From Octopus sinensis (Eukaryota): a stretch of DNA of 64,000 nucleotides. The DNA lies in the NCBI RefSeq assembly GCF_006345805.1, contig NC_042999.1, positions 18,910,001 to 18,974,000 on the forward strand, in the 5' to 3' direction. A program made the translations under genes and the position numbers. Positions 41,058 through 54,947 of the stretch are shown here, one piece after another (within the stretch, counting starts at the first letter, position 1; each line of letters begins with the position of its first letter). The notes under the pieces are model-generated. The model was not told the DNA's origin. It searched no databases and worked only from the letters and a program-made list of their open reading frames with translations.

Positions 41058-41555
41058 GTGGAGGCGCAATAGCCCAGTGTTTAGGGCAGCGGACTCGCGG
41101 TCGTAGGATCGTGATTTCGATTCTCAGACCTGGCATTGTGAGTGTTTATCGAGCGAAAACATCCAAAGCTCCACGAGACTCCGGCAGGGGTTGGTGGGGA
41201 GCCATGCTGTACTCTCTCACTACAACTTTCTCACACGCTTTCTTCCTGCTTCGGTTGTACCTGTATTTCAAAGGTCCAGTTGTGTCACACTCTGTGTCAC
41301 GTAGGATTTTGCTGAGAAATATGTCACAGGTACACGTGTCCGTGGAGTGCTCAGCCACTTACACATTTATAAATGAGCTGCGACGTCACTGGTGCCAAGC
41401 TATATCGACCCCTTTGCCTTTCCCTTGGATACCATCGGTGGCGTGGAGTGGGGTAGCTAGTATGCATCGGCGACTGCTGTCCTTCCTTAAACAACCTTGC
41501 CAGGACTTGTGCCTCGGAGGGTAACTTTCTAGGTTATTCTTGACCGAAGGGTGTC
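41058..41555 (+). mobile_element. Chimeric SINE: family C 5' part + family D 3' part
   Basis: Matches 26253-26560 up to CTCAGCCACTTACAC, then switches near 41370 to AAATGAGCTGCGACGTCACTGGTGCCAAG of family D. Confidence 0.8.
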
Positions 41556-42704
41556 ACAAATGTAACCGTAAGAGGAAATTAGAATATCCAAGTGAAGAGA
41601 AACACCTTGTAAAAAGCTTAGTTTTGGATGTACAGTAACAGTAGCTGTTATTTCTAGTTATTACACAGGATAATGTTCTATTCACTGTAGACAAAGATTA
41701 CGTAACCACTTCGTTCAAACTGGGGAAGAAATGAATTGTTCAAGTTTGACTGAGTTCAGCTAGACTTTCAAAGATGAGGACACAAAATATATCAAACGGG
41801 CAATTGTTAGTAGTACTTCGCCATACGATATTGGGAAATTGAATTGTAATCTATGCTGTGAAGTAATATCTTTACATCTAATTACAGGTTATTAAACCTT
41901 GGAAACGAATTAGATCTGAAATTCACACATACATTTAGAAATGTATTTAAATACTTATCCAATAGGTATTGTTAGTGGAGATCACATAGATTAAAGAGCA
42001 TATAACTTAAACTAATGGAATAATCACTAATTTAGTCTTGTTAGATATTAACAGATCCAAAATCAACCTCATAATTATGGTGGCTGTGGATTGAGTTAAT
42101 ATGATAAGAATTTCAACTTTACTCATCTCAAATAACACTTCTAATATTAGGATAAGTATAAAACTTTATTACAATGAACTGATTTGAATACCCAAATTGA
42201 AAGGGTTTTTTCCTTTTTATTTTCTCTCCCTTTCGATTACTTTTAGATGTTCCACCTCATTTTATATAGAATCATATTACTCTCATTATAGATAGTCATT
42301 GAGGTGAATGCATCCTGACATAAGGGTTTTTATACTATGAAGTATAGAAAGTAATCTATTGGTTACATTTTTATAAACGTCATTCTTATGACGGAACTAA
42401 AGTCATATCTGATATCAAAGCTATTCCTACTACATGTGTCCTAAGGTTTTAATATCACGCACATGAATCTCCAGTTTGCTTCATCAATCAACATGGACAA
42501 TGCCATGGCCAAAGCTACATAGAAATATCGACAGTGGAAAAATATGTACTGCACACATAAGTATTAGACCAAAACACATTCAGTAACTTAGCCAGCAGAA
42601 GCACGAATTTCATTTGCATGCGATACTAGTGTAATAAACAAACTTTGAATATATATAATTCTCCCTTCTTGTGTATCAATGAATCTATCTATCCATTTAC
42701 CTAT

Positions 42705-43118
42705 CTCTTTTACTCTTTTACTTGTTTCAGTCATTTGACTGCGGTCATGCTGGAGCACCGCTTTTTAATCAAGCAACACGACCCCGGGACTTATTCTTTT
42801 GTAAGCCCAGTACTTATTCTATCGGTCTCTTTTGCCGAACCGCTAAGTGACGGGGACGTAAACACACCAGCATCGGTTGTCAAGCAATGCTAGGGGGACA
42901 AACACAGACACGCAAACATACACGCACACACACACACATATATATATACATACATACGACGGGCTTCTTTCAGTTTCAGCCTACCAAATCCACTCACAAG
43001 GCTTTGGTCGGCCCGAGGCTATAGAAGAAGACACTTGCCCAAGGTGCCACGCAGTGGGACTGAACCCGGAACCATGTGGTTGGTAAACAAGCTACTTACC
43101 ACACAGCCACTCCTGCGC

Positions 43119-43119
<1 letters not shown>
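42705..43119 (-). mobile_element. SINE family A, full length
   Basis: Reverse-complement match including the head. Confidence 0.92.

Positions 43120-43207
<88 letters not shown>
43120..43207. repeat. (TATC)n microsatellite
   Basis: Direct reading. Confidence 0.97.
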
Positions 43208-43790
43208 CATTTGGAGGTCCGGACCGAACCAGACTCCGAGTAACTTAACCGGTCCGTCGGTCCAGTGTCCCACGTTGAAGACGCTGTTGGACCCAGTTCT
43301 ATTTACAACGTATTTACTACGTAATAATATCTTCAGGACAAAATTGACTTATATTCATTAAGATCTTAATGGATGGAGAATTCATTACATTCACTTTTCC
43401 TGAAGAGATTTTTAGTGTTTAATGCATAATACAACGGCTATTGAAAAATTAAATGAAAGGGAGAAACCGAAACGTGCGTAGGCTGCATGAAATTGAGTAT
43501 TATGTAAATAGATTTCTGTGTTGACACTCTCCATTTCTTTATATTATAATATCAAAATTTGCTCTCCTATATCGGAGAGATGAGAACATCTATAACGACA
43601 ACTGGAACGTCATAAGTATAAAATATGGATGGTGAGGAAGAACTATTAATAAACATTAATACTAACACAAATTGACAAATTCCAGGAAAAGTACTCGATC
43701 TAGAGCTAAGCTGGTGTATGTTTGAGTGACCTATATCAGTAAGAGTAACCTCCTTTCATTCGAAAATTCGTACAGATGTGTGTGTATGTA

Positions 43791-44162
43791 TACTCTTTTA
43801 TTCTCTTACATGTTGCAGTCATTTGACTGCAACCATGCTGGAGCACCGCCTGTCGTCGAGGAAATCGATCGCAGAGCTTATTCCTTGAAAGTCTGGTACT
43901 TATTCTATCGGTCTATTTTGTTAAGTTACGGGGAAGTAAATACACCAGCATCGGTTGTCAAACGATGTGGGAGGGGGCAAACAGACACACAAACGCGTAC
44001 TCACACATACATATACATATACATATGCGACGGTGTTCTTCCAGTTTCCGTCTACCAAATCCACCCACAAGGCTTTGATCGGCTCGAAGCTATAGTAGAA
44101 GACACTTGCCCAAGGTGCCCCGCAGTGGGACTGAACCCGGGACCAAGTGCCACTCCTGCGCC
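43791..44162 (-). mobile_element. SINE family A with deletion in head
   Basis: Diverged reverse-complement match. Confidence 0.85.
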
Positions 44163-44255
44163 TATGTATATATATATGTACATATATACGTATGTATGTA
44201 GATATACCAACAGATATGTCTACACCTATATAGATGTACATATATATAATATGTG

Positions 44256-44287
<32 letters not shown>

Positions 44288-44594
44288 CTTTTTTCTTTAC
44301 TTTTATTCTTTTACTTGTTTCAGTCATTAGACTGCGTCCATGCTGGAGCACCGCCTTTAATCGAGCAACTCGACCCCGGGACTTATTCTTTTGTAAGCCC
44401 AGTACTTATTCTATCGGTCTCTTTTGCCGAACCTCTAAGTAACGGGGACATAAACACACCAGCATCGGTTGTCAAGCAATACTAGGAGGACAAACACACA
44501 CACGCATATATATATATACATATATATGACGGGCTTCTTTCAGTTTCCGTCTACCAAATCCACTCACAAGGCTTTGGTCGGCCCGAGGCTATAT
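44288..44594 (-). mobile_element. SINE family A, 5'-truncated
   Basis: Reverse-complement match. Confidence 0.88.
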
Positions 44595-45254
44595 ATATAT
44601 ATATACACACGTCTGTGTATATTTGTAATGCTAGGTGTTTAATAGATTAATCAATACTAGAATACTTTCAATAAATCTGTAAATCCATTTCGCATTGTCA
44701 TTTTGCATGTACTCCACACTTCTGAATTTTGAATTTGAACACAAAATTTTACGTGTACGAAAACTGAAGCAATGCGTCATCATTTTACTTGGCAGTTATC
44801 AGATGTACTTGTGTAGTTTCCTGTAGTTTACTTAGATATGGATTGCCAAGTCCAGAAAATTTGCCAATGATGATCTGATTACAATATGGACTTGATTACG
44901 CCCACAATCAATCAGGCAATGCGTACATGACAGTACATTGATATATCTTTAGAATGTTTTACCAAGAAATAATTCAAGCATACATATCCATGTACATAAG
45001 TTGTGTGGTTGGGTATATGTGTGTGAGTGTTAAATATATTTTTAATCCACAGCAATATTGCAGTTCAGTGGTTTGTACTTTTACCATATATGTCGATACT
45101 TCGGGCAAAAGGACAAATACCTGACGACGGCTAAATAGAAAAGTGTTTGTTAAATGAGTTCTCTAACCTGTACCGTCCGAGTGTGTGTGTGTTTATATGC
45201 CTGTGGCTATGGGTGTGCGCGAGCGGGTACACACACACACACATATATATGTGG

Positions 45255-45295
<41 letters not shown>

Positions 45296-45300
<5 letters not shown>

Positions 45301-46380
45301 CATCACAATCAAGGAACGGCCATAATAGGCCATTCACCCACTAGAAATAACAGCAAAAGCTTCAACCGCAAAATAACATCAATTCCGTAAACCAGGAGAA
45401 AATTAAAAAAACATTTACCCTGTAATTTCTTATACGATGCACCGTTTCATCTACTGTTTAATGGTAAACTAACCTGATTAAATTAATCAAGGCAAGCCAA
45501 TCTTCCATAGGCCCTTAGAATCATCAGTAAGAAATAGCCAAGTCGGAACATATATTTACACGAGGCATTTCCGTCTCTGCCTCGGCAATATCTGACCTAA
45601 AATTTTCAAATTTCATCGCACTGGCTCGCGCAAATTTATCGGCAGCAAATAAATATAATAGCGCGCCGATTCCATTACGGAATTAACCAGAAAAATTTCA
45701 TAATTAATCAATCTAGGGTGGCAAAAAATTTTGTAGAATTTTTTTGCCACCAGCGGCCTAGTAGGAAAAATTAAATAGTCATAGACCATTTTTATGTTCA
45801 ACATCACAATCAAGGAACGGCCATAATAGGCCATTCACCCACTAGAAATAACAGCCAAAGCTTCAACCGCAAAATACCATCAATTCCGTAAACCAGGAGA
45901 AAATTAAAAAAAAAAAACATTTACCCCCTGTAATTTCTTATACGATGCACCGTTTCATCTACTGTTTATGGAAACTAACCTGTTAAATTAAATCAAGCCA
46001 ATCTTCCATAGGCCCTTAGAATCATCAGTAAGAAATAGCAAAGTCGGAACAGATATTTCTTACTGATGATTCTAAGGGCCTATGGAATTGGCTTGATTTA
46101 TTTAATCAGGTTAGTTTACCATTAAAGAGTAGATGAAACGGTGCATCGTATAAGAAATTACAGGGTAAATGTTTTTTTAATTTTCTCCTGGTTTACGGAA
46201 TTGATGTTATTTTGCTTTGAAGCTTTGGCTGTTATTCTAGTGGGTGAATGGCCTATTGATGGCCGTCCTTGATTGTGATGTTGAACAAAAAATGGTCTAT
46301 GACTATTTAATTTTTCCCACTAGGCCGCTGGTGCAAAAAAATTCTACAAAATTTTTTGGCACCCTATATTGATTAATTAT
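45296..46380. repeat. ~500-bp direct duplication combined with a ~680-bp palindrome
   Basis: Block 45296-45556 recurs at ~45797-46055; 45700-46037 is inverted at 46054-46380. Confidence 0.9.
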
Positions 46381-46390
46381 ATATATATAT

Positions 46391-46589
46391 AAATGAAAGA
46401 ATGGAGTTGAACGACGATTTAACAAAATTCCTTTATTCGACATATGTTTCGAAGACTGCATATCCCTAATTTCGAAGGAATAAGGTGTGCATTATGCCAC
46501 CTTCTCATCAGGAAAGACAAGGAACTTATGACAGCATCATGATGAACAAAATTAACCGAATTATCCATAGTAGGTAATTCATTCAACTA

Positions 46590-46590
<1 letters not shown>
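46391..46590 (-). mobile_element. Penelope-like terminal-repeat relic, family P4
   Basis: Contains the canonical hammerhead motif; its 3' end GTCGTTCAACTCCATTCTTTCATT abuts (TA)n, and the same end occurs at 19214-19260. Confidence 0.6.
46436..46514 (-). ncRNA. Type I hammerhead ribozyme motif with canonical core
   Basis: Minus strand: TTC-CTGATGA-GAAG...CTTC-GAAAC-ATAT-GTC-GAA. Stem I is 3 bp, stem II is GAAG/CTTC with a long extension, stem III is the palindrome ACATATGT. Predicted cut after C at 46439. Confidence 0.7.
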
Positions 46591-46653
<63 letters not shown>

Positions 46654-46804
46654 GTGTGTGTGTGTGTGTGTGTGTGCGTGTGTATGTATGTATATATATG
46701 TTACCAGTGCGTGACCCTCCATCCACTCATGTATGAACATGGAATTGCACCTAGAAAGATACACGTGTATATACAAATATATACATATGCGTATGTGTGT
46801 GTAC

Positions 46805-46867
<63 letters not shown>

Positions 46868-48331
46868 TTCATATATACACATATATATAGGTGTGTGTGT
46901 GTGTGTATGCATGTGTGCGCGAGGGACTTTCGTGGTTTTATATAACAGTGCGTCGGTATGCATTATTAATTACAGACTAGTTCTATGCTGACATTAAGCC
47001 TGAACATAATATTTCCGTTGCAATAAATGTTTAATAGTAAAACTGTAAAATACGAACCAGATAGTTATGATTTACATCACCAAATCGCTAATAGATAATT
47101 CTAAAAATGAAATATATTCTATGTGAAGACGAAAGCAGCGTGTGACGAAACATGAACTAGAAATGAAGGGGAACATATTTAATGAGGAAGGATATTCGTG
47201 AAACTTATATTGTTACGTCTGAATTCAGAGCAAATACGAAACGACGACAAACGAGAGGCGATAAATAATTACAAATTTACATTTAGTGAACGTTCAGGTG
47301 CACCGGTGATGGCAAATGGAAAAGAATAGGATTAATAGCATCTCCTAAATGAAACTTCATTCCATTGAAAATTTACCCATGCCGGACCGTTCGGTTCAAA
47401 GTCTCGCTTGACCAGAAATGGTCTGAACTCTTTGTATGACCATCCTCCCTGTACATAACTCACTGTCTCCCTACATGGAATTGCTTTTGCTTTTTGAGCC
47501 AATAAAAATTGAATTGAATTGAATTAAAGCTAAACGGAATGAGTAACGTAAATTGGAGTCGAAACGATGATCTCGCAGTCGTTGGTGCATTAACTTTGGC
47601 AGAAGGCCATGCTCATTCATCCCATCACACACACGCTCGCAATATATATATATATATATATAACAAATAGTTTTCTTTGATTTCGAATATATCGTGTGGA
47701 TATATTGTGTGTGAAATTCAGTTCGGTAATTTTATGAGGAATACACCATATTAAATCAGTAGTGTCTGAAACCAGTTATGGTATCTACCCATTTATTTGT
47801 TTTAATATTCTCTTTCTTCTCAAGTGATCTATCAGAATTTTTGTGCTGGACACTTTTAGACCTTGTCATCTATGAGTTTTGCTATTGAAAACCGCTATTA
47901 ATATTTCCCGTTGTTGCAAACATAGTTATAGAAAATACATTTTAGTAAAGCATCAACATGTACAGACATGATAAGCATATTAGTAAAAGGCACACTCTTC
48001 AAAATGTATATTCGTAGCTTTCAAAGAAAAATATTTCGTCATTTAATCAATAAATCTGTCTTTTCCCATAAGCGAATTGGCTTTCATGATATTCCAGTGG
48101 AAAAATATCCACTATTAAAAAGCATACCTGGGCATGTGCTAATGTGAGTAGGTCAATATGTTTTATATCGCCGTAATGTAGTGGAAGAAATATATGAAAA
48201 TTGAAGCAGCTAGACAAATGGGATGTTTCGGTGAAATTTCAATGGTTAAGAACTTCTTTTTTGGGGGGAAGGTGATATTATCTCTGGTAATATAAACTCT
48301 GGCGATATAGTATATATTTGAATTAAAGTTG

Positions 48332-48384
<53 letters not shown>

Positions 48385-49296
48385 TATTGGACTTGAACAA
48401 GATAAAATGAAACATTTTCTGCAAAATGTTTAACAGATCCAGTAGAACTTTATACTATGGTTACGCTGTTTAGAGAGAAAAAAACAAAATTATTCTTCCC
48501 TCTTTAATACTTGGGTGAACATTTCAAAATGGCATTTATCATCACATATAGCGGCATCTATAGTTCCAAGAAACGATGTATTTATACATACGTATATCTA
48601 ATTCCTATTACATTATCTTTCATTCCCAACATTCTTTTGTAACGAACCACTGCAATAATTATTTTTATATCCATGTCCTAAAGACATTTAACTAATGCAT
48701 GAGGTAAAAGTTGTAAAGGAAATTGACCTACCGGAAACAGAAACACTTCTGAAAAACTGTAAATCTAATTTACACAATGTTAACGAATGCTTTATTTATG
48801 AACATAATAAGCCATCAATATTTCCATATTGTGTAAGGTGTATTTCTTTAGGTTAGGTTATTATCTCTAATTTACCTTTTACTCATCGATTTCTTTTCAG
48901 ATTCCACGTCATCTCATGGTGGCGAAGCCTAGCACATGGGAGGAATAGCTTAGTGCCATTTCCCCTCTCGATCATTGAGACTTCAGTACAAATCCCTCTC
49001 AGGTTACTCTTGACTTTCATCACATCCAGGTTGTTGAAATAAAGTATCAGTCAAGTAATGACTGATATTATAGGTCGAAATAATCAGCTAACATATTGCA
49101 CGTAAAATGGTAACTTTGTGCCAAGATGGGATGAAGTGCTAGGCCTTACATTTTTTATGAAATATACGTAAACGCTTCATGAGCGCCCAATAACACTATA
49201 TTTGTTCCACGTCCTCGCGTTGTTGTGTTTTCTCTTTGTGTTTTCATGTTTGGATTAAATTTATATATATATATTATATATATTATATATATATAT

Positions 49297-49331
<35 letters not shown>

Positions 49332-49419
49332 ATAGACATAGATATATATACACATACTTATACATATATATATATATATACATATATATATACATACACA
49401 CACACATATATATATATAT

Positions 49420-49467
<48 letters not shown>

Positions 49468-49499
49468 ATACACATATATATACAATATGGTGGTTGTCT

Positions 49500-50042
49500 A
49501 CTCCTTATGCAGAGTTTTGAGCACTTCCTGTACTTACACCATAGCACCATCATGGCATCTGATGATTCTTTTTAAACCAGACAATGTTCTGAAATGACAC
49601 CCACATAAATTGCATCTCCGATTTGGACCAACAAGAGCTGCACATAAATGCTATATTGTTTGTGTATCTAAAATTGTCTTTTGAGGCCTCCGTTGGATTT
49701 TCAAACACTACAGTCAAAGGGGTGCACAGGCATATAGGTAGAATAGTTGGTGGAGGTTCGTTTTCAATGCTTTCGCAGATGAGATTTGAGGCCTGCAAAA
49801 GACAGACATGGTCTGTCACAGACTGTGTGCACAAAAGAGTTCATTGAGATACACATTCCCGATCGCTACATTCTTCCTTAGATCTCTTCTGAGTTTTACT
49901 TGCTTTATGCTGGTCTCTTCAAATGCTTTCACTCCACTCAACACATTTGTTCACCATCCAACTCTATCCGAAGCAAGGGTTTCTATATCTTTTGTACCCA
50001 TTCCAAGTGACTTCATAGTAGTCCTTATGCCGCTCTTAAACC
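49500..50042 (-). mobile_element. RTE-clade LINE 3' end (decayed ORF C-terminus 50042-49764 plus probable 3' UTR)
   Basis: RFKSGIRTTMKSLGMGTKDIETLASDRVGW*TNVLSGVKAFEETSIKQVKLRRDLRK, then after a frameshift CT-VCDRPCLSFAGLKSHLRKH*, the C-terminal C2H2 typical of RTE/BovB-like ORFs. Confidence 0.8.
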
Positions 50043-50177
50043 TTATATATATATATATTATATATATATATATATGTTTGTGTGTATACATATATATAAA
50101 TAAAATGTGATCTCGTGTGTACAGTTCGCGATTTTTTTTCCTCTGTTTTTCCTTGTCTGGATCTTTCTTTCTCCTAT

Positions 50178-50212
50178 GATTCCGACGAAGAGCTCCGCTC
50201 GAAACGTTAAAC
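50178..50212 (+). ncRNA. Minimal type I hammerhead-like motif (U4C core), family P1
   Basis: GATT-CCGACGA-A-GAGC-tcc-GCTC-GAAAC-GTT-AAAC; intact stem II and palindromic AACGTT stem III. Confidence 0.6.
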
Positions 50213-50748
50213 CCTCCTTCTTTCCCTTCTTTCCTTCTTTCCTGACCGTCCAATAATACTATAATTGTTCCACGTCCTCGCGGTGTTGTGTTTTTTTGTG
50301 CTTTCTTGTTGTTTGGATTAACTAGATATATATATATATATATATATCTATATATATATATATCTATATATTATATACGTATATCTTATAGAGGTGTCTG
50401 TATGTGTTATATGCATATGTGCGTAAGTGTGTGTTTGTGGTGGTGATGGTGGGAACAATTCGAAATTGTTTACATTCAATGATAATATCGTAACTGCCGT
50501 ACCACGCATAATCAGGGATGCCGTAGTAGCCGAGAAAGGATCCTGCAAAGCTTCATAATAATAAATAATTAAATATTATTAAAAATACTTATAAAGATGC
50601 GCACTTCGAGAAATACAGAACATAAATGTGATATATATTAATATCAGTTTTCGTCAAATGTTTTTAACTTTGTAATTCAGGCATTGTCAGTAATTTACAA
50701 AAATATTCCTGGAAACTGATAGTGAATTGGCGTCTTTCATCATACCAT

Positions 50749-50803
<55 letters not shown>

Positions 50804-51438
50804 ACTATATATCTATATATATTATCCAGGTATATAATATACATGTTATATATATAATATATATATATGTATATACCTGGATGTATATATATATAGATAT
50901 AGTTGTATATATAGATATATATATATATAATATAATTATACATTTACATATATAGATTTTTGTTTTTTTATGTGCCACAGGTAGAAGTTTAGCATTCAGG
51001 TTAGCAGCATTATAATAAAACAAAATAGAAAACAAGAAGTTTCTTATATAATCGTATTATACATCGTTGTATGAATAGATTATATGTTCATTTTGTTAGA
51101 GACGTTTTTTCCTATACAGAACAATATGTGCATCGATCTGTGTGTTTTTTTTGGGGCTTTTTACTTTTTTTTTCACTTTTTTAATATTTTGAAAACTTTA
51201 TTTCTACCTCCATATCTATATTGTGTTATCAATGTATCTAACAATCTCAGTAACTGTATATATTTTTTCTTGCTTTTCTTTCACTCTTCTCTCATTTGAA
51301 TCTACACACACACACTCACACACACTCACACATAAGCACACGTATTATGTGTATATATTTATATATATATATATATTTATGCATATCTGCCTATATGTAT
51401 ATATCTGTATCTATATAATCAATATCTATGTATAATGG

Positions 51439-51477
<39 letters not shown>

Positions 51478-51913
51478 ATATGTAATGTGTATGTGAGTTT
51501 GGTATGCGTGTGTAGGTGAGTGTACTTTTTTAGTGTATGAGTCAATATGTTAACGGAATATTATATTCAGGTAGATATTTGCACCCTACATACGTAGATA
51601 CGCATATTCACAATATATGTATAGCTATACATAAGCATATGTACAAGTAGATATTTATGTACATTTACGTGTGTAAATACGAACAGAAGTGGTAATATAC
51701 GTTTCGTTCTGTGAGTTTCGTAGGTTTTGGAAATCACATACGTAAATATACAAGACATACAACACATGAAAAAAACAAAATAATTTGTTAAATTCAATCA
51801 TAACTCTGTTGACTGTTGGAAAAATCGTTGCAAAAACACAACTGAAGATAAACAATTTGAGTAAAGGAAATAGCGAAACATAATGCACTCACCTAAATAT
51901 ATACATACATATG

Positions 51914-51953
<40 letters not shown>

Positions 51954-52104
51954 TATATATGTGTGTGTGTTTGTATGTATGTATGTGTGTGTGTGTGTGC
52001 ATTTGTGTATTGCTACATATAAACACAATTATATACATTACAGTATATCATAATGAAAAATATTATATAGAATACAATGAAAAGGATATATGGAATACGT
52101 GCAC

Positions 52105-52138
<34 letters not shown>

Positions 52139-52391
52139 TATGTATGCATATAAATATATGCATACATAATTTATATCGATATATGTATTTATACATACAT
52201 ATAAATATATATATATATGTTGAGAAAGAGATTTATGAATACATATATACATATATACAAATATATATACATATATATATACACACACATATGTATGGTT
52301 TTTTAAATAGTGTGCTTTAATAAAATATCTTTATACTTTTTGAAGGAAATATACATACATGCATGTATACATATATATGCATATATGTATA

Positions 52392-52423
<32 letters not shown>

Positions 52424-52602
52424 AATATGTGTATATATATATATATTATATATATATATTAATATATATATATATATATATATCTATATATATATATATG
52501 TGTCTTTATACATGGAATGAATATACGCCACTTACGAAACAGAAGCAAAGAACGCAATTTTTATAATATTATTATATGCATTACATAACTCTAACTTTAC
52601 AC

Positions 52603-52947
52603 ATAAAGGTAAAGACCCCCTTCGGTCATGTGTGACCATGGGTTTGCACCTAGAGAGTTACCCTCTGAGGCACAAGTCTGGGCAAGGTTGTTTTTATGGA
52701 AGACCAGCAGTCGCCCATGCATACCAGCCTCCCCTCTCCACGCCACCAGTGTTATCCAAGGGAAATACAAAGGTCGATACAGCTTGGCACAAGTGACGTC
52801 GCAACTCATTTCTACAGCTGAGTGAGCTGGAGCAACGTGAAATAAAGTGCTTTGCTCAAGAACACAACACGCAGCCCGGTCCGGGATTCGATCTCACAAC
52901 CTCACGATCGTAAGCTCGACGCTCTAACCACTGAGCCATGCGCCTCC
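52603..52947 (-). mobile_element. SINE family D, full length
   Basis: Reverse complement of the GGAGGCGCATGGCTCAGTGGTTAGAGCG head, CORE-like domain and tail ACCGAAGGGGGTCTTTACCTTTA. Confidence 0.9.
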
Positions 52948-53149
52948 ATACATGTTATCTTTACACATACATGTTATCTATTACGTGGTATATTTTGCAT
53001 GTCAGGCAAAACAATTACCTGAAATCAGATTGTTCTAATACCCTTGATTTTGCATTTCCCAAGTATGATTAAATATTTTCCTCCTCATGCCACGAAAATA
53101 CTTTCGTTGTTTGTACTAACATTACTTCCGACTTTCAAACGCACTCGCG

Positions 53150-53760
53150 ACCTGTAAATTCTGAAAAAAGTGAAAATAAATCTTCGACACGACTGTACAC
53201 TTCAAACTGTTTCAACGCTATATCATATCATTCGTCGTTTTCACACAAAAATCTACCTTCAGAAATTTGTCTTCATCCTACACCATTATATAAAAAAGAA
53301 ATCTGTACGTTTTATTGCCCAGTTTATTCGCCAAAATTTCATGAACTCAAGTAAGGAACGGTATCTTTGTCGTCGCCTGCATACCTCAAATCATAGAGCA
53401 TCAGTCTTTTATAAATACTGTAACGGATGTCAGCTGCATCACGCTCTACACTTCATCAGAAATAAAACAAGAAAATTTAAGATTATTTCAGCAAGAACAT
53501 TTATTAATCTCAAAAAAGTACAAAACTCTAATCTACTTGAAAGTAGGCTACTCTGAGTTCAAAGCAGTTGTAGTACACTACTCATTTCGTGAAGGCCTTA
53601 TTGAGTTGCTCAACAGGGGAGATGTCCAGCAGCCTTGTCACAGACACCTGCTTTTTCAAACGATTGGTCATGACGGTTTCGTATTGCTTGAAGAACAACT
53701 AAAATTGACAATGAACAAATTGTTGGCGGTAGCGTGAGGGACTCTTTGATACCTATCTTT
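53150..53760 (-). pseudogene. Decayed non-LTR RT remnant
   Basis: Minus-strand YRQQFVHCQF*LFFKQYETVMTNRL (YRPISLL...ERL..RL-like), followed by CTTTAL (RSTT-like) and SVQS...YRSRVRLKVG segments in RT order. Confidence 0.45.
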
Positions 53761-54217
53761 CTTAAGAAGCTGCAAACAATATTTTAAAATATTTAATTTT
53801 TTTTTAATTAAAATAATTATTTTAATCGTCTGATAAAATTTTTAGTCGGTGGACATTCGTTTTATTTTATTTTAGTTTACCTTCACTTATTTTATATATG
53901 TCTATTAGGTTTTTGGTAGTTTTTTGAATTTTTAGCCGTTTATATTTCACTTTTAGGCCGTTCTATATGTATTTTATTCGATTTATATTTTTACCTTCTG
54001 TGATTTTATGTATATGTATTATTTTTATGTGTTTGGGAACCATGGCATTTTTTATATATGATTAAATCTTTGAGGGATGCTGATGTATATATAGTCGTTG
54101 ACCCAAATTTAAATTTAACCAATGCTTTTTTATCTTTGTCTGAACACTTCTTTTGCAGTCCAATAAACTGTTTTGTTCTATAAAAAGAGACAAATATTAT
54201 TTCCTGTTGAGTATATG

Positions 54218-54248
<31 letters not shown>

Positions 54249-54471
54249 TATATATATTTACAGACTCACACACGTAGATAGAGAGATAGAGAGATATTGA
54301 TGGAATGACAGATATATATTCAATCATATTTTTCTCATATAGAATAGTATTTTGTATCACCACTATACTTATGGCAGTAAAGCATCCATTAAATTTACAC
54401 TTGTGGTACAAAATAATGTACACGATAACACTTCGAATCAGTCAAGATCAGCAGCCATGAGAGCCACTGCA

Positions 54472-54473
<2 letters not shown>

Positions 54474-54536
<63 letters not shown>
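54474..54536. repeat. (TAT)n(TAG)n microsatellite
   Basis: Direct reading. Confidence 0.95.
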
Positions 54537-54770
54537 AATCACCAATACAATTTGAAACAAAAGCAATTCATCTAATATTTCATAGTTACACAGCTTATTA
54601 CAAGAACATTGGGAACTACTATCTATATCACTGACTCGACATGCATATACAATATGTATATTATTATTTAATTCAACGCTACGCATCCATTTCCAAGTAA
54701 GTTTATATATATATATGTGAGTGTGTGCGTGTGTGCTTGTGTGTGTATTCATGTTTCTATGTATCTATGA

Positions 54771-54946
54771 TTTTACTTGTTTCAGTTATTAGACTATGGT
54801 TATGCTGGGGCACCGAGTCGATGTTTAGTCGAATGAATCGACCGGTGTACTTATATTTTTTAAAGCCTGGTGATCACCCTTTCGGTCTTCTTTTGTTGGA
54901 CTGCTAATTTACGGGGACACAAAAATACCAACACCGGTTGTCGAGC
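54771..54946 (-). mobile_element. Degraded SINE family A 3' fragment
   Basis: Diverged reverse-complement match; abuts the mariner remnant. Confidence 0.7.
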
Positions 54947-54947
54947 G

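Noticed and set aside
43210-43290. GC-rich short inverted repeats after (TATC)n, possibly a Helitron/Helentron-type end (similar idea for 19940-20040)
   Set aside because: No second copy or diagnostic terminus in the window to support it.
48901-49010. Good acceptor followed by an open frame
   Set aside because: No convincing donor, codon bias or homology.
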